This document shows, piece by piece, positions 10,015 through 19,980 of a stretch of DNA of 59,503 bases. Each line of letters starts with the position of its first letter. The stretch's first letter is position 1. The notes beneath the pieces are model-generated. The model made no database searches. It saw only the letters and a program-made list of their open reading frames with translations, and was not told where the DNA came from. This DNA is from a virus (taxonomy: Duplodnaviria; Caudoviricetes). The position numbers were made by a program, and so were the translations under genes. The stretch spans positions 1-59,503 of IMG/VR virus record IMGVR_UViG_3300009184_000049; one strand, written 5' to 3'.

Positions 10015-13000
10015 TTAATACAACCCCCCTAACTCTTCTATCGTCAACTTGTTTAATTGTTGACATTACTGCTTTTGCAATTTCATTTGGATTAGCATCT
10101 GTTTTTGCATTAACAGTTAGTGTGTATGTATTATTATACACTGCCCCGCCAGTTGGCTGTCCACTATTAATAGATTTCATAGTATCGATACCGTGAGCAT
10201 CTACGGCATATTTACTCATTATAAATTCTCCTGGAGTTAGCATTGCTGGTACAGTATCAGTTCCTCTTGCAAAACCTCCTGCTGCAAAATATTTAGGAAC
10301 TAGTCCTCCTGTAGCAAGACCACCAGTTCTTCTATCATAATAACTTCCGCCACTTGTACCTTGTTTAATTGCTGCTGCAGTTGAGGCTGCTTTTTCTATT
10401 GCTGCTTGCTGTGCAGCATATTGAATTGCTTGACCAGTGTATCTTGCAGATGAAGCAACCCCCGCTGCGCCACCCAAAGCAGCAAGCGCTGCTGGATTTT
10501 TCATTAATGTATCAGCCATTTGGTTTGCAATTTGACTTGGAGTAAATGCTGGAGCGCTTCCACTCTTAATTGAATCTAAAAGACTTGTTGTTTGATTATT
10601 AACAATTTGATTTACAGCATCAATATTTCCAACATTTCCTGTAGATGTCTTTGGTGTTGCTGCTGCTGACCTTGCTGCTGCTTCTGCTGCTGCTGCTGCT
10701 GCAAGTGCTGCAGCGGTTGCTGCATCTGCTGCTGCAATTATTGATGCATCGGTTGCAGGGTTTGTTTCTGGATTAGTTGCACCTTGAACAAATGCTCCTT
10801 GATTGTTAAATGCACCATTTTTGCCACCAGTTTCTGCTGCATATGCTGCAATTAACTTTGACTGAGTACTTATGGCAAGACCCATTGAGTCTACAAAGGA
10901 TGCACTCTTAATAAGTGCAAGATCTACCTGGTTTTTAATTGCTTCCCATGCATCCTTTGTTCTTCCAAGAACTGTAAGACCTGCTACATCTTTATCCAAC
11001 TGGATTTGTCTTAGCCTATTTAATTCTTCTGCTGGTTCAATTTTCTTTTCTTCTAAATCAAAGATCTCATCTTGTAGTTTTTTAATATCTGCTTCAAGTT
11101 CTTTTCTGGTTCTGTATGTTTTTGTAACAGGATCATAGGCTTGAACTCCAGCCAACTCATACTTTCTAGACTGCTCTACAGCATCTTTTTGTTTTGTAAG
11201 TGCATCTGCTGCTGCCTGGGATCTCATATCTTGAGCAGCCCTTGCTGCTGCTGCAATATCTCCAGATGTCAGGGCTTCTGCAAGTGTTAATTGTCCCTTT
11301 TGTTGACTAGATATTGCAGAGTTTGCTTTTTCTATTTCGTCTAAAGCGCTGATTCTTTCATCATACTTTTCATTAATCTTTTCTTCTTGATCTGCAATAG
11401 ACTTTAGTGCTGCTTCTTTGTCATCAACTTTGTACTGAATTGCTGCAATTTGATCTTGCGCTTCTCTAATGGTTTTATCATTTCCTTTAGTATCTAACTT
11501 AAATTGTATATTAAGCGCTGTTTCTTGTGTATCAAAAGATTGCATAGCATTACTATATCCTTTGTCAAACATATCTTGCATAAAGCCAATAGTATTTTTT
11601 AACTGGCTTAATCTTTCGTTAAAATCAGTTACTAGTGTATTTAGATCACCCTGTGCAGCATTAATTTGTGATCTAGTTGCACCCTTTTTAATTAGGCTAT
11701 CTACTTTTGCTTGAGCAGTGCTAATTGTATTTTCCATTAATTTAAGGTTATCATCAGAGGAAATAGCAAAAGCAGTTGTTGGATCATACTGACTTTTTAT
11801 TCTTGCTTCCTGAATTCTGTCTTTTTTGAATTGAGCAATGTCTGTTTTTACTCCCTGAATTGCTGCTGATTTTTCTTGTACTTCAGTCAAACCTTTATAT
11901 CTTTCAATTAAAGTTTTTAAAGTTTTGTCATTTACCCCGTTAGCAATTGCTTGTGCTATAGTTTTATTAGTTATTAAATCATATGCGTCTGCTACTGGTA
12001 CTCCTAAATTTGCTATTCTACTAAATGCATTACCCTGGTCAGCAAGGGCTTGAGACTCTGCTTCCATACTAGAGTTCCAATCACCCATAGCAATTGAGTT
12101 CATAGCCTCTTGAATATTCTTAGCATCATTTTTAAGAGAAATAATATTGCCTTTGTTATCAAATTTAAATAGCGAGTTTTTTCTCTTCTCATATTCCTTT
12201 GGATCCATGCCAACAATTAGTTCAATAAAATCCTGACTACCGCCTAACTTCCTAATATCGTTTTCTATACCGCTAAACACATCAATGGTCTTCTTGCCAC
12301 CAAAGAGTTTATCTAAAGCCTTACGAGAGGCACTCCAGCCCTCTGTGACCTTAATCTGGTTCATTCGTACATCTCTTAGTTTTTTTACTAGGTCATCTAG
12401 TGGAGATGCTTGCACTTTATTTCCTGTACTAGAAGCATCTGCTGTCACTGGAGCCTTTACCCCTACCGCTACTCCATCTGTAACAGCCTTATTTCCTTGG
12501 GCTTCTATATATTTTTGAACAATAAAAGATTTACTTCCAGTAACTCCTGCTCCACCCTTTGGACCAGTTTCTTTACGCCATGCTTTAAAATCTTCGCTTT
12601 CAATAATTTGTGGCTCTGGAACATTAATTAATGAAGAAATTGTTGTTGTATAAACTTTTTGCTGATCTTCTGTTAAAGTGTTAAAGTATGCTTCATCAAA
12701 TGCTGCTGTGCCTTTAATTTCTGGCATAATTTCATAAACAATTTTTGCAGTTAAATCTTTGCTTCCTTCAATAGTATCAAGAATTTTATTTAACTTTTCA
12801 TAAGCATCCTTATTTTTTGGATCTGTGTAATAACTTACCATGACATCTGATGGAATTACTGCATTAAGATTATTTAATTTAATTATGTTCTTTGCAAAAT
12901 CAAGAGCGTCTGAATCTTTTTCAAATGCCTCAACTCTTGTAACAAATTTTGTTTGAACTGTTTTATTAACTACTCCATTTGATCCAAGAATATTCTGTGC

Positions 13001-16000
13001 TGCAACTCCAATTGACTCTGATGTTGCACCACTAAACTTAGTAATAATGTTCATCATCTTTGGAGCAATATCTTTATTGTCTGTTGCCATCTGAAGAAGG
13101 CTTCTAAATACTGCAGGAGGAATATCTCCACTTGCCATTTTTGCTTGAATTAAAAACTCTTGACCACTATTAATTGCTCCAGATTTTCTTAAATCTCCTG
13201 CTTGCTGATTAACAACATCAACATAGGCTAATTGATTTGGATCATTTTTATATTTAGCGGTGGTTGCTTTCTTCATTCCATTCATCATTGATTCTTGAAG
13301 ACCTCCAGCAGAATTATATTGTGAAACAACATCTGCTTGAAGTAAACCCTGTGCGTCTGTTAAAGTATTTCTTTCTTTAATATACGTTGCTTGCATTTGT
13401 TCTGCTTCATTAATTTTTCCCTGAAGTCTTAACTGTTCAATTTTCTTTTGATAGAACATATCTAATGAATCAAGCATTTGCTTATTTTGTTCCATTGCAA
13501 TTTTTGCGTCTACCGCTGCTGCAGCGCCTAATACCGCTGCTTGTTTTACATACTTCTTTGATGTAAAGTAGCCAAATGCAGCACCAACTGCTGCACCTAT
13601 TCCTCCACCAATGGCTGCGCCAATTGGTCCACCAATAAATGTTCCTATACCTGCACCTGCTGCTGCGCCACCTAAAGCAGATGCACCAATGCCAGCAATT
13701 TGCATAGTTTTTTGTCCAGCAAGTTTTGTTATTGGGTTAGCATTATTAATATTTTTAATATTATTTTTCATATTTTTAGAATTTTCAGCAACCATTTCCA
13801 ATCGAACTTTTAAAGGTTCTTTGTCAAGCCTTTCTCCATTTGGTCCAAGCAGTGTTTCTAGTTGACCAATAACTTTAATACCTATAGACATATCTCCTGC
13901 TTGTCTAGCAGCATTCATAGCCAAACTTTTTGCCTGTGACATATCCATAGCGCCAGACATTATGGATGCTGATAATTGTCCAGTTAAATCTTTTGCTGCT
14001 TGTCCTCCCTGACCTTTAGCATTTTGTTCTGAAATTCTTGCTGTTAATGCTTTACCCTCTGCTGTTTGAGCATATGCTTCTCCATATGTTGTTTTTCCAG
14101 TTGCAGGACCAAGCATTGAAAAAGAATTTTTTCTTTTTAAATCCATCTGCTCTGATGCGGTTACTTTGCCACCAAACTTTGCAATTGAATTTATTGCAGA
14201 AGTGGTTCCTTTAAATTTTTCTGCTTGATCTAAAACTTCATTTGCTGCCTTATCAAATGCCATTCTTAGGGCAACAAAAGATCCTACAGTTGCTACAAGT
14301 CCAACTGCTAGTGCTGACATCGGGCTTTTCATCATTGGTAAAACCATTGATAGACCCATCAATGGCATCATTATTTTTTGTGAAATCTCTCCAACTTTTC
14401 CTGGTGCCATTGAGCCAATCATTGCAGCACCAGCGGCTACTCCAAGTGCTCCTGCTGCACCCATTCTTGGATTTTTTCCTGCTTCTATTCTTGCTTGTTT
14501 GTTTGTATTATATTTATCAACTTTAGCCCGAGCAAATGTTTTTAACCTTGCAGATGGTGTTCTTGCTGCTGCTTCTGCTGCTGCTTTTTCACTAATAATT
14601 GATTGTCGGTATGCAACTCTTTCTGCTAACTTGCTTCTTTTTTCTTGTGCTTCTCTTTGACGTCTAAAAGATTTTTCTTCAGCATCTATTACTTTTTGTC
14701 CATACAGGGCAGTTCTTGATGCTGCTGCTTTTGCCTGTGTTCTTGCTTCTGCTCTTTGACGTTTTTCCATTTGACGACGTAAAGATTTTGCATCTGCATC
14801 TATTGTTCCACCACCATACAGGGCAGTTCTTGATGCTGCTGCAGCCGATTGAGATGTTGTTGTAAGAGTTGTTGCATCTGGAGCGTTTGCTTTTCCAGGA
14901 ATTATAACTTTTCCAATACGCTTTGGTGCTTGAACAATACGCTTGCCTGCAGGCTCTTGTGTCATTCGTGTATCTTTTGAGCCAGCAGAAGATTTGACTC
15001 CACTTGGAAGTTTTGCTGTTTTTGGTTTTGTTATTTTACCAGTTTTAGTATCTTGCAAAACTTCATCTGGCTTTACTGCAATAGAACTGTGAAGTTTATG
15101 AAGTTGTCTCCAGTCAACCTTGGCCCCTTCTTTAAGCCTATCCAACATGGCTTGATAAACTTTTTTCTCTTTTGGATTTGTAATACCAAAACTTTCTATG
15201 ACTTTCTCTAATTTTGGAATTGATGTGTTTATTTCATTTATCATTGCTCTATGATATTCATCTGCTGTCATACTTCTTGCAATTTTTGCAGTTGCTTCAG
15301 AGAAGAACTTTTTACGACCTCCGCCAGGAAGCGGTGTATCTATTCCTAGATTAATTCTGGCTTGTTCTTCCATTGAAGGAAGATTGGCAACAAAATCTCT
15401 ACTTCCAGATGCTGTTCCAAAAACTCCTGCTGGACCAACATCGGCAAGAATATTTCCAGATAAATTTCCTTTTCCTAAATCTTTATCTGCTCTAAGTGCT
15501 GCTGCAACATTTTGTTTAATGTATTCTTCTTTTGTAAAAGTATTAGACATTTTTTCTGGATCAAATCTTGGATCAAATGGAGATTCAAGAACAACAATTC
15601 TTCTTTTTCCTTTTGTATCTGTTGGATCTAATATTGTTTTAATTGTTTGTTCTGGAGCATTAAGGCCATGGACATTTCTAGCAATAGTAGTTGCTCTCTG
15701 TTCTGCAAGGGCTTCTCTATAACTATTTGCAGGTTTTACAAAAACTCTTTTTCCATCTGCCATTTCATATACTCCACCCAAACCTTTTAGGGCAGTAAAA
15801 CTTCTTCCAGATGTTGGTGTTATCTGTTTACTATATGTCTCTGGCTTAGAACCTTTAAGTGGACTTGATTTAACATCTTTTTCTAACTGGTCTAATTGTT
15901 TATTTCTTTCACCAAATGCTGCTTCTCTAAACCCAGAAAAAATTGATGATGTAGTTCCTAGTCTATCTCCGCTTGGTCCTCTAAATGGAGAGGTCTTTAC

Positions 16001-18835
16001 TCCATCATGGTCTATAAGAACAATTCTTCTTTTATCTGGAGATTTGCCAGGCTCATATTCATAGTCTTTGATGATACCCAACCCTTTTGCTCTTTCTAAT
16101 ATTTTTCTTGTAGACTCTGGATCTTTACTACCAAAACCTTCTTGAACGCTAAAACTTGCTATATTAGAGTGTAGCGCTTGCATCAAACCAAAAGTACGGG
16201 AAGATGCAATTTTAGGATTATTTGCTGGAATAGTTTCAAAAAGTGTTTTTCTTACAAGTTCATCATTTACATGAGTTGGTTGTTTCTTTGGGTCAGTTCC
16301 ACGAATAGTTTCTAGGATTAGTGAATCAATTGTTTTTGCATCAAAGGCATTAATACCAGATGGTTTCCATTTTTCTGGGCCTCGTTTAATCCACTCTTCT
16401 TCCCATTGTTGAAATGAGATACCTGTATCCTTTGACATGGCTTGGTTGTATCCAGATTTAAAGTCATATAGTAGTCCATCTTGAACTAAAATCTTTGGAT
16501 CAATACCTTGCATTAGCAGTATTTCTTTGTAAAGTCTTAAAGTCTTAGCCTTTTGTTCTGACATTGGTGTTTTTAAAATATCATCAATGTGCATTTTGTT
16601 TTTTGCACCGACATGGAACTTTTGTGTTTCTCCAGCCATTCTTGTTGACTTTACTGGAACCTCTTGAGCATCTCCCGTTCCTTTGTTATACCCCTGCATT
16701 TTTTTGCCAGCAATCATTGCACTAATTACTGGTCTATTTGCTGGATCTTGTGCAGCCTGTGCTGGAATAACTGCTTCTCCAGGGGTAAGCATTGAAAATA
16801 CGGTGTCTTGATTTCCAGTTCCAGGAACTCTTGTTGTTCCTGTAGAATATTTAAGTTTAGGCATTCTCTTACCAGCAGGTGGTCCAGTAAATCCTGCCTG
16901 GGCTGCAATGGCTCTTCTGTATGCATTTGCCAACATATTAACTGCTGTTGTTTCAGATGTAAATGTTTGATTAAGTTTTACGTGAACTTGATCAAGTGAT
17001 GCTGCTACTGCTGAGGCTTCTAGTTGTTCTTTAGTTAGATAATTTGTTTGCTCTCCCAAAACCTTGCTTGCACTACCAGTTCTGTTGTACATAGATTTCA
17101 TTCCTGCAAACATTTTAATTATATTGGCAACAGCGTTTGCAATCAAACCAAAAGTCATAAGAAGAATTGGCCCAACTCCTGCAACTGCAACTGTAAATAT
17201 AGTTAAAAACTTTTTACTACCTTCACCAAGATTATTAAATTTATCAAGAATCTTTCCAACAAACTCAACAATAGGTGTCAGTGCTTTTAAGAACTGTTCT
17301 CCTACTGGAGCAATAGCCAACTTAAGATCTTCCATTGACTTTTTAAATTTATATGTTGTTGTGTTTTGGATCTTATCTAATTCTCGCTGTGACAAAATTG
17401 CAAGTTCTTCTGTGGTTGCCTGCGTTAGTTGAAGCACTCTATTTGCTTGTGTACCCTGTGCTGTTACGTTTTGAAATAGTGTAGATAGTCTTGAGAACTG
17501 GAACTTGCCAAATAGTTGCTCAATAGCACGAGCACGGTTAAGAGGATCAAGAGTGTCAAGTGCTTGTGCAAACCCAACTACTGTTGCTTTAATGTCTCCT
17601 TTGTTTGCTTCAACAATTCCTTTAATATTAACTCCAAGATTTCCAAGGAAATCGCTTGCTTTCTTAGATGGATTAATTAAAGATGCAAGACCAGATTTAA
17701 GTGCGTTAGCACCTTCTGATGCATTGATTCCGCCTTCTTTCATTGCTGTAAGGAAAAATGCTAAGTCTTCTACGGATCCACCAAGTTGTTTTACAACTGG
17801 CCCAGCCTTTGGAATTGCTGTTGTTAAATCTTCAATAGATACAACAGTTTGGTTTTCAACTGCGTTAAGAAAATCAATTTTTCCTGCTAATTGATCTGCA
17901 GCAACCCCAAATGCATTTGTTACTGAAATAGTTGTTTCTAGTGCTTGTGCTTGATCTACTCCGCCAAGCACTGCAAGTCTTGTTGCTTGTGAAATTTGAG
18001 CAAGTAGTTCTGCTCCTTGTTTACCCATCGCTGCGGCATCTGCAGCCATCTTCATTGTGTCTTCTATTGCAACCCCATACTTTGTATACTCTGTTGCAAG
18101 TTTTTGAACTTGTTTAACCATAGCATCTGTTTCTGCTTGTGTTGTAAACATTTCTCCATACACACGCTTAAATCTAATTGCCTGTTCTTCAAGTTTCATA
18201 AATGTTTTAGAGGCTTGAATTCCAAGCATTGCTAGTGGAACTGTAAATCCAACCATTAACTGGCGACCAGCCCACTGAGTATTCTTACCAAAGTTTAGAA
18301 GGTTAGTTGATCCTTGTTTTAATAACTGATTAAGAAGTTGCTGTCTTTGTGCAGCAATGGCTGTCTGGGTACCCAGATTTTTCATATCAAGCGTTAGCGG
18401 TCTTACTGCAATTGCTTGTAGGGCTCCATTGGCCCCTCTACCCATTTTAATATACTGGGTTTGTATATCTTTTACACGCTCTCGTGCAACCTTATTTAAT
18501 GTTTCAAACTCAGACTTAAACAATCTACCAAAAGTTTTTGTAGCAGCGCCAGTGTATCTAAAGTATTCTCTTGAACTTAACTTGTTTCTTTCTAATGCAT
18601 CAGTAAAAGACTCTGTACTTGATGTTACTGTTTGCATTGATGCTTGGAATTTTCCAGTAGCATTTATGCTGTTTATCAAGTTCTGTGCTTGATTTGCTGC
18701 CACTGCTGATGCTGCAGTGCCAGACTTGGCCATCTGTGTATGGAAGGCTGATATTTGACGTTGTAGAAGTTTTAGACTTGCTAAAGCATCAGACGTATCA
18801 ATATTTACATGAATATTGGATTCTACATCAGCCAT
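10004..18835 (-). CDS. tape measure protein, TP901-type N-terminal domain, with inserted domains
   Basis: 2943 aa, Ala-rich and helical; AMKEGGINASEGANALKS TMP motif; hydrophobic segments; C-terminal DTVPAMLTPGEF; located after the tail chaperones. Confidence 0.95.
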   Translation of the reverse strand: MADVESNIHVNIDTSDALASLKLLQRQISAFHTQMAKSGTAASAVAANQAQNLINSINATGKFQASMQTVTSSTESFTDALERNKLSSREYFRYTGAATKTFGRLFKSEFETLNKVARERVKDIQTQYIKMGRGANGALQAIAVRPLTLDMKNLGTQTAIAAQRQQLLNQLLKQGSTNLLNFGKNTQWAGRQLMVGFTVPLAMLGIQASKTFMKLEEQAIRFKRVYGEMFTTQAETDAMVKQVQKLATEYTKYGVAIEDTMKMAADAAAMGKQGAELLAQISQATRLAVLGGVDQAQALETTISVTNAFGVAADQLAGKIDFLNAVENQTVVSIEDLTTAIPKAGPVVKQLGGSVEDLAFFLTAMKEGGINASEGANALKSGLASLINPSKKASDFLGNLGVNIKGIVEANKGDIKATVVGFAQALDTLDPLNRARAIEQLFGKFQFSRLSTLFQNVTAQGTQANRVLQLTQATTEELAILSQRELDKIQNTTTYKFKKSMEDLKLAIAPVGEQFLKALTPIVEFVGKILDKFNNLGEGSKKFLTIFTVAVAGVGPILLMTFGLIANAVANIIKMFAGMKSMYNRTGSASKVLGEQTNYLTKEQLEASAVAASLDQVHVKLNQTFTSETTAVNMLANAYRRAIAAQAGFTGPPAGKRMPKLKYSTGTTRVPGTGNQDTVFSMLTPGEAVIPAQAAQDPANRPVISAMIAGKKMQGYNKGTGDAQEVPVKSTRMAGETQKFHVGAKNKMHIDDILKTPMSEQKAKTLRLYKEILLMQGIDPKILVQDGLLYDFKSGYNQAMSKDTGISFQQWEEEWIKRGPEKWKPSGINAFDAKTIDSLILETIRGTDPKKQPTHVNDELVRKTLFETIPANNPKIASSRTFGLMQALHSNIASFSVQEGFGSKDPESTRKILERAKGLGIIKDYEYEPGKSPDKRRIVLIDHDGVKTSPFRGPSGDRLGTTSSIFSGFREAAFGERNKQLDQLEKDVKSSPLKGSKPETYSKQITPTSGRSFTALKGLGGVYEMADGKRVFVKPANSYREALAEQRATTIARNVHGLNAPEQTIKTILDPTDTKGKRRIVVLESPFDPRFDPEKMSNTFTKEEYIKQNVAAALRADKDLGKGNLSGNILADVGPAGVFGTASGSRDFVANLPSMEEQARINLGIDTPLPGGGRKKFFSEATAKIARSMTADEYHRAMINEINTSIPKLEKVIESFGITNPKEKKVYQAMLDRLKEGAKVDWRQLHKLHSSIAVKPDEVLQDTKTGKITKPKTAKLPSGVKSSAGSKDTRMTQEPAGKRIVQAPKRIGKVIIPGKANAPDATTLTTTSQSAAAASRTALYGGGTIDADAKSLRRQMEKRQRAEARTQAKAAASRTALYGQKVIDAEEKSFRRQREAQEKRSKLAERVAYRQSIISEKAAAEAAARTPSARLKTFARAKVDKYNTNKQARIEAGKNPRMGAAGALGVAAGAAMIGSMAPGKVGEISQKIMMPLMGLSMVLPMMKSPMSALAVGLVATVGSFVALRMAFDKAANEVLDQAEKFKGTTSAINSIAKFGGKVTASEQMDLKRKNSFSMLGPATGKTTYGEAYAQTAEGKALTARISEQNAKGQGGQAAKDLTGQLSASIMSGAMDMSQAKSLAMNAARQAGDMSIGIKVIGQLETLLGPNGERLDKEPLKVRLEMVAENSKNMKNNIKNINNANPITKLAGQKTMQIAGIGASALGGAAAGAGIGTFIGGPIGAAIGGGIGAAVGAAFGYFTSKKYVKQAAVLGAAAAVDAKIAMEQNKQMLDSLDMFYQKKIEQLRLQGKINEAEQMQATYIKERNTLTDAQGLLQADVVSQYNSAGGLQESMMNGMKKATTAKYKNDPNQLAYVDVVNQQAGDLRKSGAINSGQEFLIQAKMASGDIPPAVFRSLLQMATDNKDIAPKMMNIITKFSGATSESIGVAAQNILGSNGVVNKTVQTKFVTRVEAFEKDSDALDFAKNIIKLNNLNAVIPSDVMVSYYTDPKNKDAYEKLNKILDTIEGSKDLTAKIVYEIMPEIKGTAAFDEAYFNTLTEDQQKVYTTTISSLINVPEPQIIESEDFKAWRKETGPKGGAGVTGSKSFIVQKYIEAQGNKAVTDGVAVGVKAPVTADASSTGNKVQASPLDDLVKKLRDVRMNQIKVTEGWSASRKALDKLFGGKKTIDVFSGIENDIRKLGGSQDFIELIVGMDPKEYEKRKNSLFKFDNKGNIISLKNDAKNIQEAMNSIAMGDWNSSMEAESQALADQGNAFSRIANLGVPVADAYDLITNKTIAQAIANGVNDKTLKTLIERYKGLTEVQEKSAAIQGVKTDIAQFKKDRIQEARIKSQYDPTTAFAISSDDNLKLMENTISTAQAKVDSLIKKGATRSQINAAQGDLNTLVTDFNERLSQLKNTIGFMQDMFDKGYSNAMQSFDTQETALNIQFKLDTKGNDKTIREAQDQIAAIQYKVDDKEAALKSIADQEEKINEKYDERISALDEIEKANSAISSQQKGQLTLAEALTSGDIAAAARAAQDMRSQAAADALTKQKDAVEQSRKYELAGVQAYDPVTKTYRTRKELEADIKKLQDEIFDLEEKKIEPAEELNRLRQIQLDKDVAGLTVLGRTKDAWEAIKNQVDLALIKSASFVDSMGLAISTQSKLIAAYAAETGGKNGAFNNQGAFVQGATNPETNPATDASIIAAADAATAAALAAAAAAEAAARSAAATPKTSTGNVGNIDAVNQIVNNQTTSLLDSIKSGSAPAFTPSQIANQMADTLMKNPAALAALGGAAGVASSARYTGQAIQYAAQQAAIEKAASTAAAIKQGTSGGSYYDRRTGGLATGGLVPKYFAAGGFARGTDTVPAMLTPGEFIMSKYAVDAHGIDTMKSINSGQPTGGAVYNNTYTLTVNAKTDANPNEIAKAVMSTIKQVDDRRVRGVVLNGR

Positions 18836-18853
18836 CCATTAACACCTCTTTAT

Positions 18854-19180
18854 TTAATTATTTGCAAGGCTGCCGAGTAGTGATGCGTCAGAAAGTTTAA
18901 TTCCTGATGCCTCTTCGACAATCTTGTATACTGTTGGAAGATCTAGATTTTCTTCTAGGGCTTCCTTATCTTCTGCCAATTCTGGCTTGTATTGTTTCAT
19001 TGCAATTTGAACACAGTCCATTAGCAAATCCATGGACTTTTCATTGTCTTCTGCTACCTTTGCAATGTCCTCAAACTTCTTCATAAACGGACGAAGTAGA
19101 GAAATCTTAAGTGGTCTAACCTTGATCTTAGTACCATCAATTAGTGTTACTGTTTTTTCTTCTGTTGTGGCAGTTGCCAT
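18854..19180 (-). CDS. tail assembly chaperone (gpG-like)
   Basis: Between major tail and TMP; AAGGAGG SD; paralogue of the N-terminus of the next ORF. Confidence 0.75.
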   Translation of the reverse strand: MATATTEEKTVTLIDGTKIKVRPLKISLLRPFMKKFEDIAKVAEDNEKSMDLLMDCVQIAMKQYKPELAEDKEALEENLDLPTVYKIVEEASGIKLSDASLLGSLANN

Positions 19181-19235
19181 TTAGTCCTCCTTATAAGGTT
19201 TAGTTAATTATACCATAGCGCAGGCTTATTTTTTA

Positions 19236-19916
19236 CTAATCATATGTTTCATAATCAAGCCCCATGCCTATTCCAAAACCAGCCTTTTCAGCATTCATGC
19301 CCTGCAAAGCCAGAATATCATTGCCGTCAGTTACCGCGCCTTTACTAAAGACTCTGGCCTTAAGGTCTTCCCACTCATTACCGCTACCAGAATTTTTATC
19401 TAAATCTACACCTTGCATAGCAGCAGTAAATTTTTTATTAGTATAATCTAGTTCTCTTTTTATTTTTAATGTGGCTGTTAATTCTTGCATTGACATTGAT
19501 GACTCTAACTGTTCATAGTCTTTCCATATGCCAATTAAAAAAACCTCTGATTCTAATTTTGCTAAATCTAATGTTTCCCAAGAAGATCCACTATCTACCG
19601 CTTGATCTTTTACAGTGTCTTCTGATTTTTCATTAATTTTAATTCCTGCTGCAACATCAATTACTTCATAAATAGTTGGCAAATCAAGATTATCTTCTAG
19701 GTCTTCTATTGTTTTGATTGATGGGCAATACTGTTGCATTGCAATTAAAGCACACTGGACTAATACAGATATAGACTCATCATCTGTTTTTGCTTGTTTT
19801 ATTGTTTCAAAAGTTTCTAAAAATTCTCTTAAGTATTTAATTTTTAGTGGGGAGGCAATGACTACCCTATCATCCACTAATGATATTTTTTTAGTCTCAT
19901 ATATTTTTGTTGCCAT
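19236..19916 (-). CDS. tail assembly chaperone, gpGT-like (G-like domain fused to T-like extension); likely start MATKIY
   Basis: N-terminal ~100 aa align with 18854-19180 (PLKI..LR.F, IAM.QY.P, LE.NLDLPT.Y); TGGTATACT-N6-ATG upstream. Confidence 0.75.
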   Translation of the reverse strand: MATKIYETKKISLVDDRVVIASPLKIKYLREFLETFETIKQAKTDDESISVLVQCALIAMQQYCPSIKTIEDLEDNLDLPTIYEVIDVAAGIKINEKSEDTVKDQAVDSGSSWETLDLAKLESEVFLIGIWKDYEQLESSMSMQELTATLKIKRELDYTNKKFTAAMQGVDLDKNSGSGNEWEDLKARVFSKGAVTDGNDILALQGMNAEKAGFGIGMGLDYETYD

Positions 19917-19930
19917 TATATAAGTATACC

Positions 19931-19964
19931 AAAAAGAAAGGCTCAACCCCGAAGGATTGAGCCT
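19931..19964 (-). terminator. rho-independent terminator after the major tail gene
   Basis: AGGCTCAA/TTGAGCCT stem followed by a T-run on the minus strand. Confidence 0.8.
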
Positions 19965-19980
19965 CTCATATTAAGTTGTA

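Noticed and set aside
19236-19946. Programmed -1 frameshift site in the tail chaperone
   Set aside because: The long ORF is continuous and the short form is a separate gene, so no shift is needed
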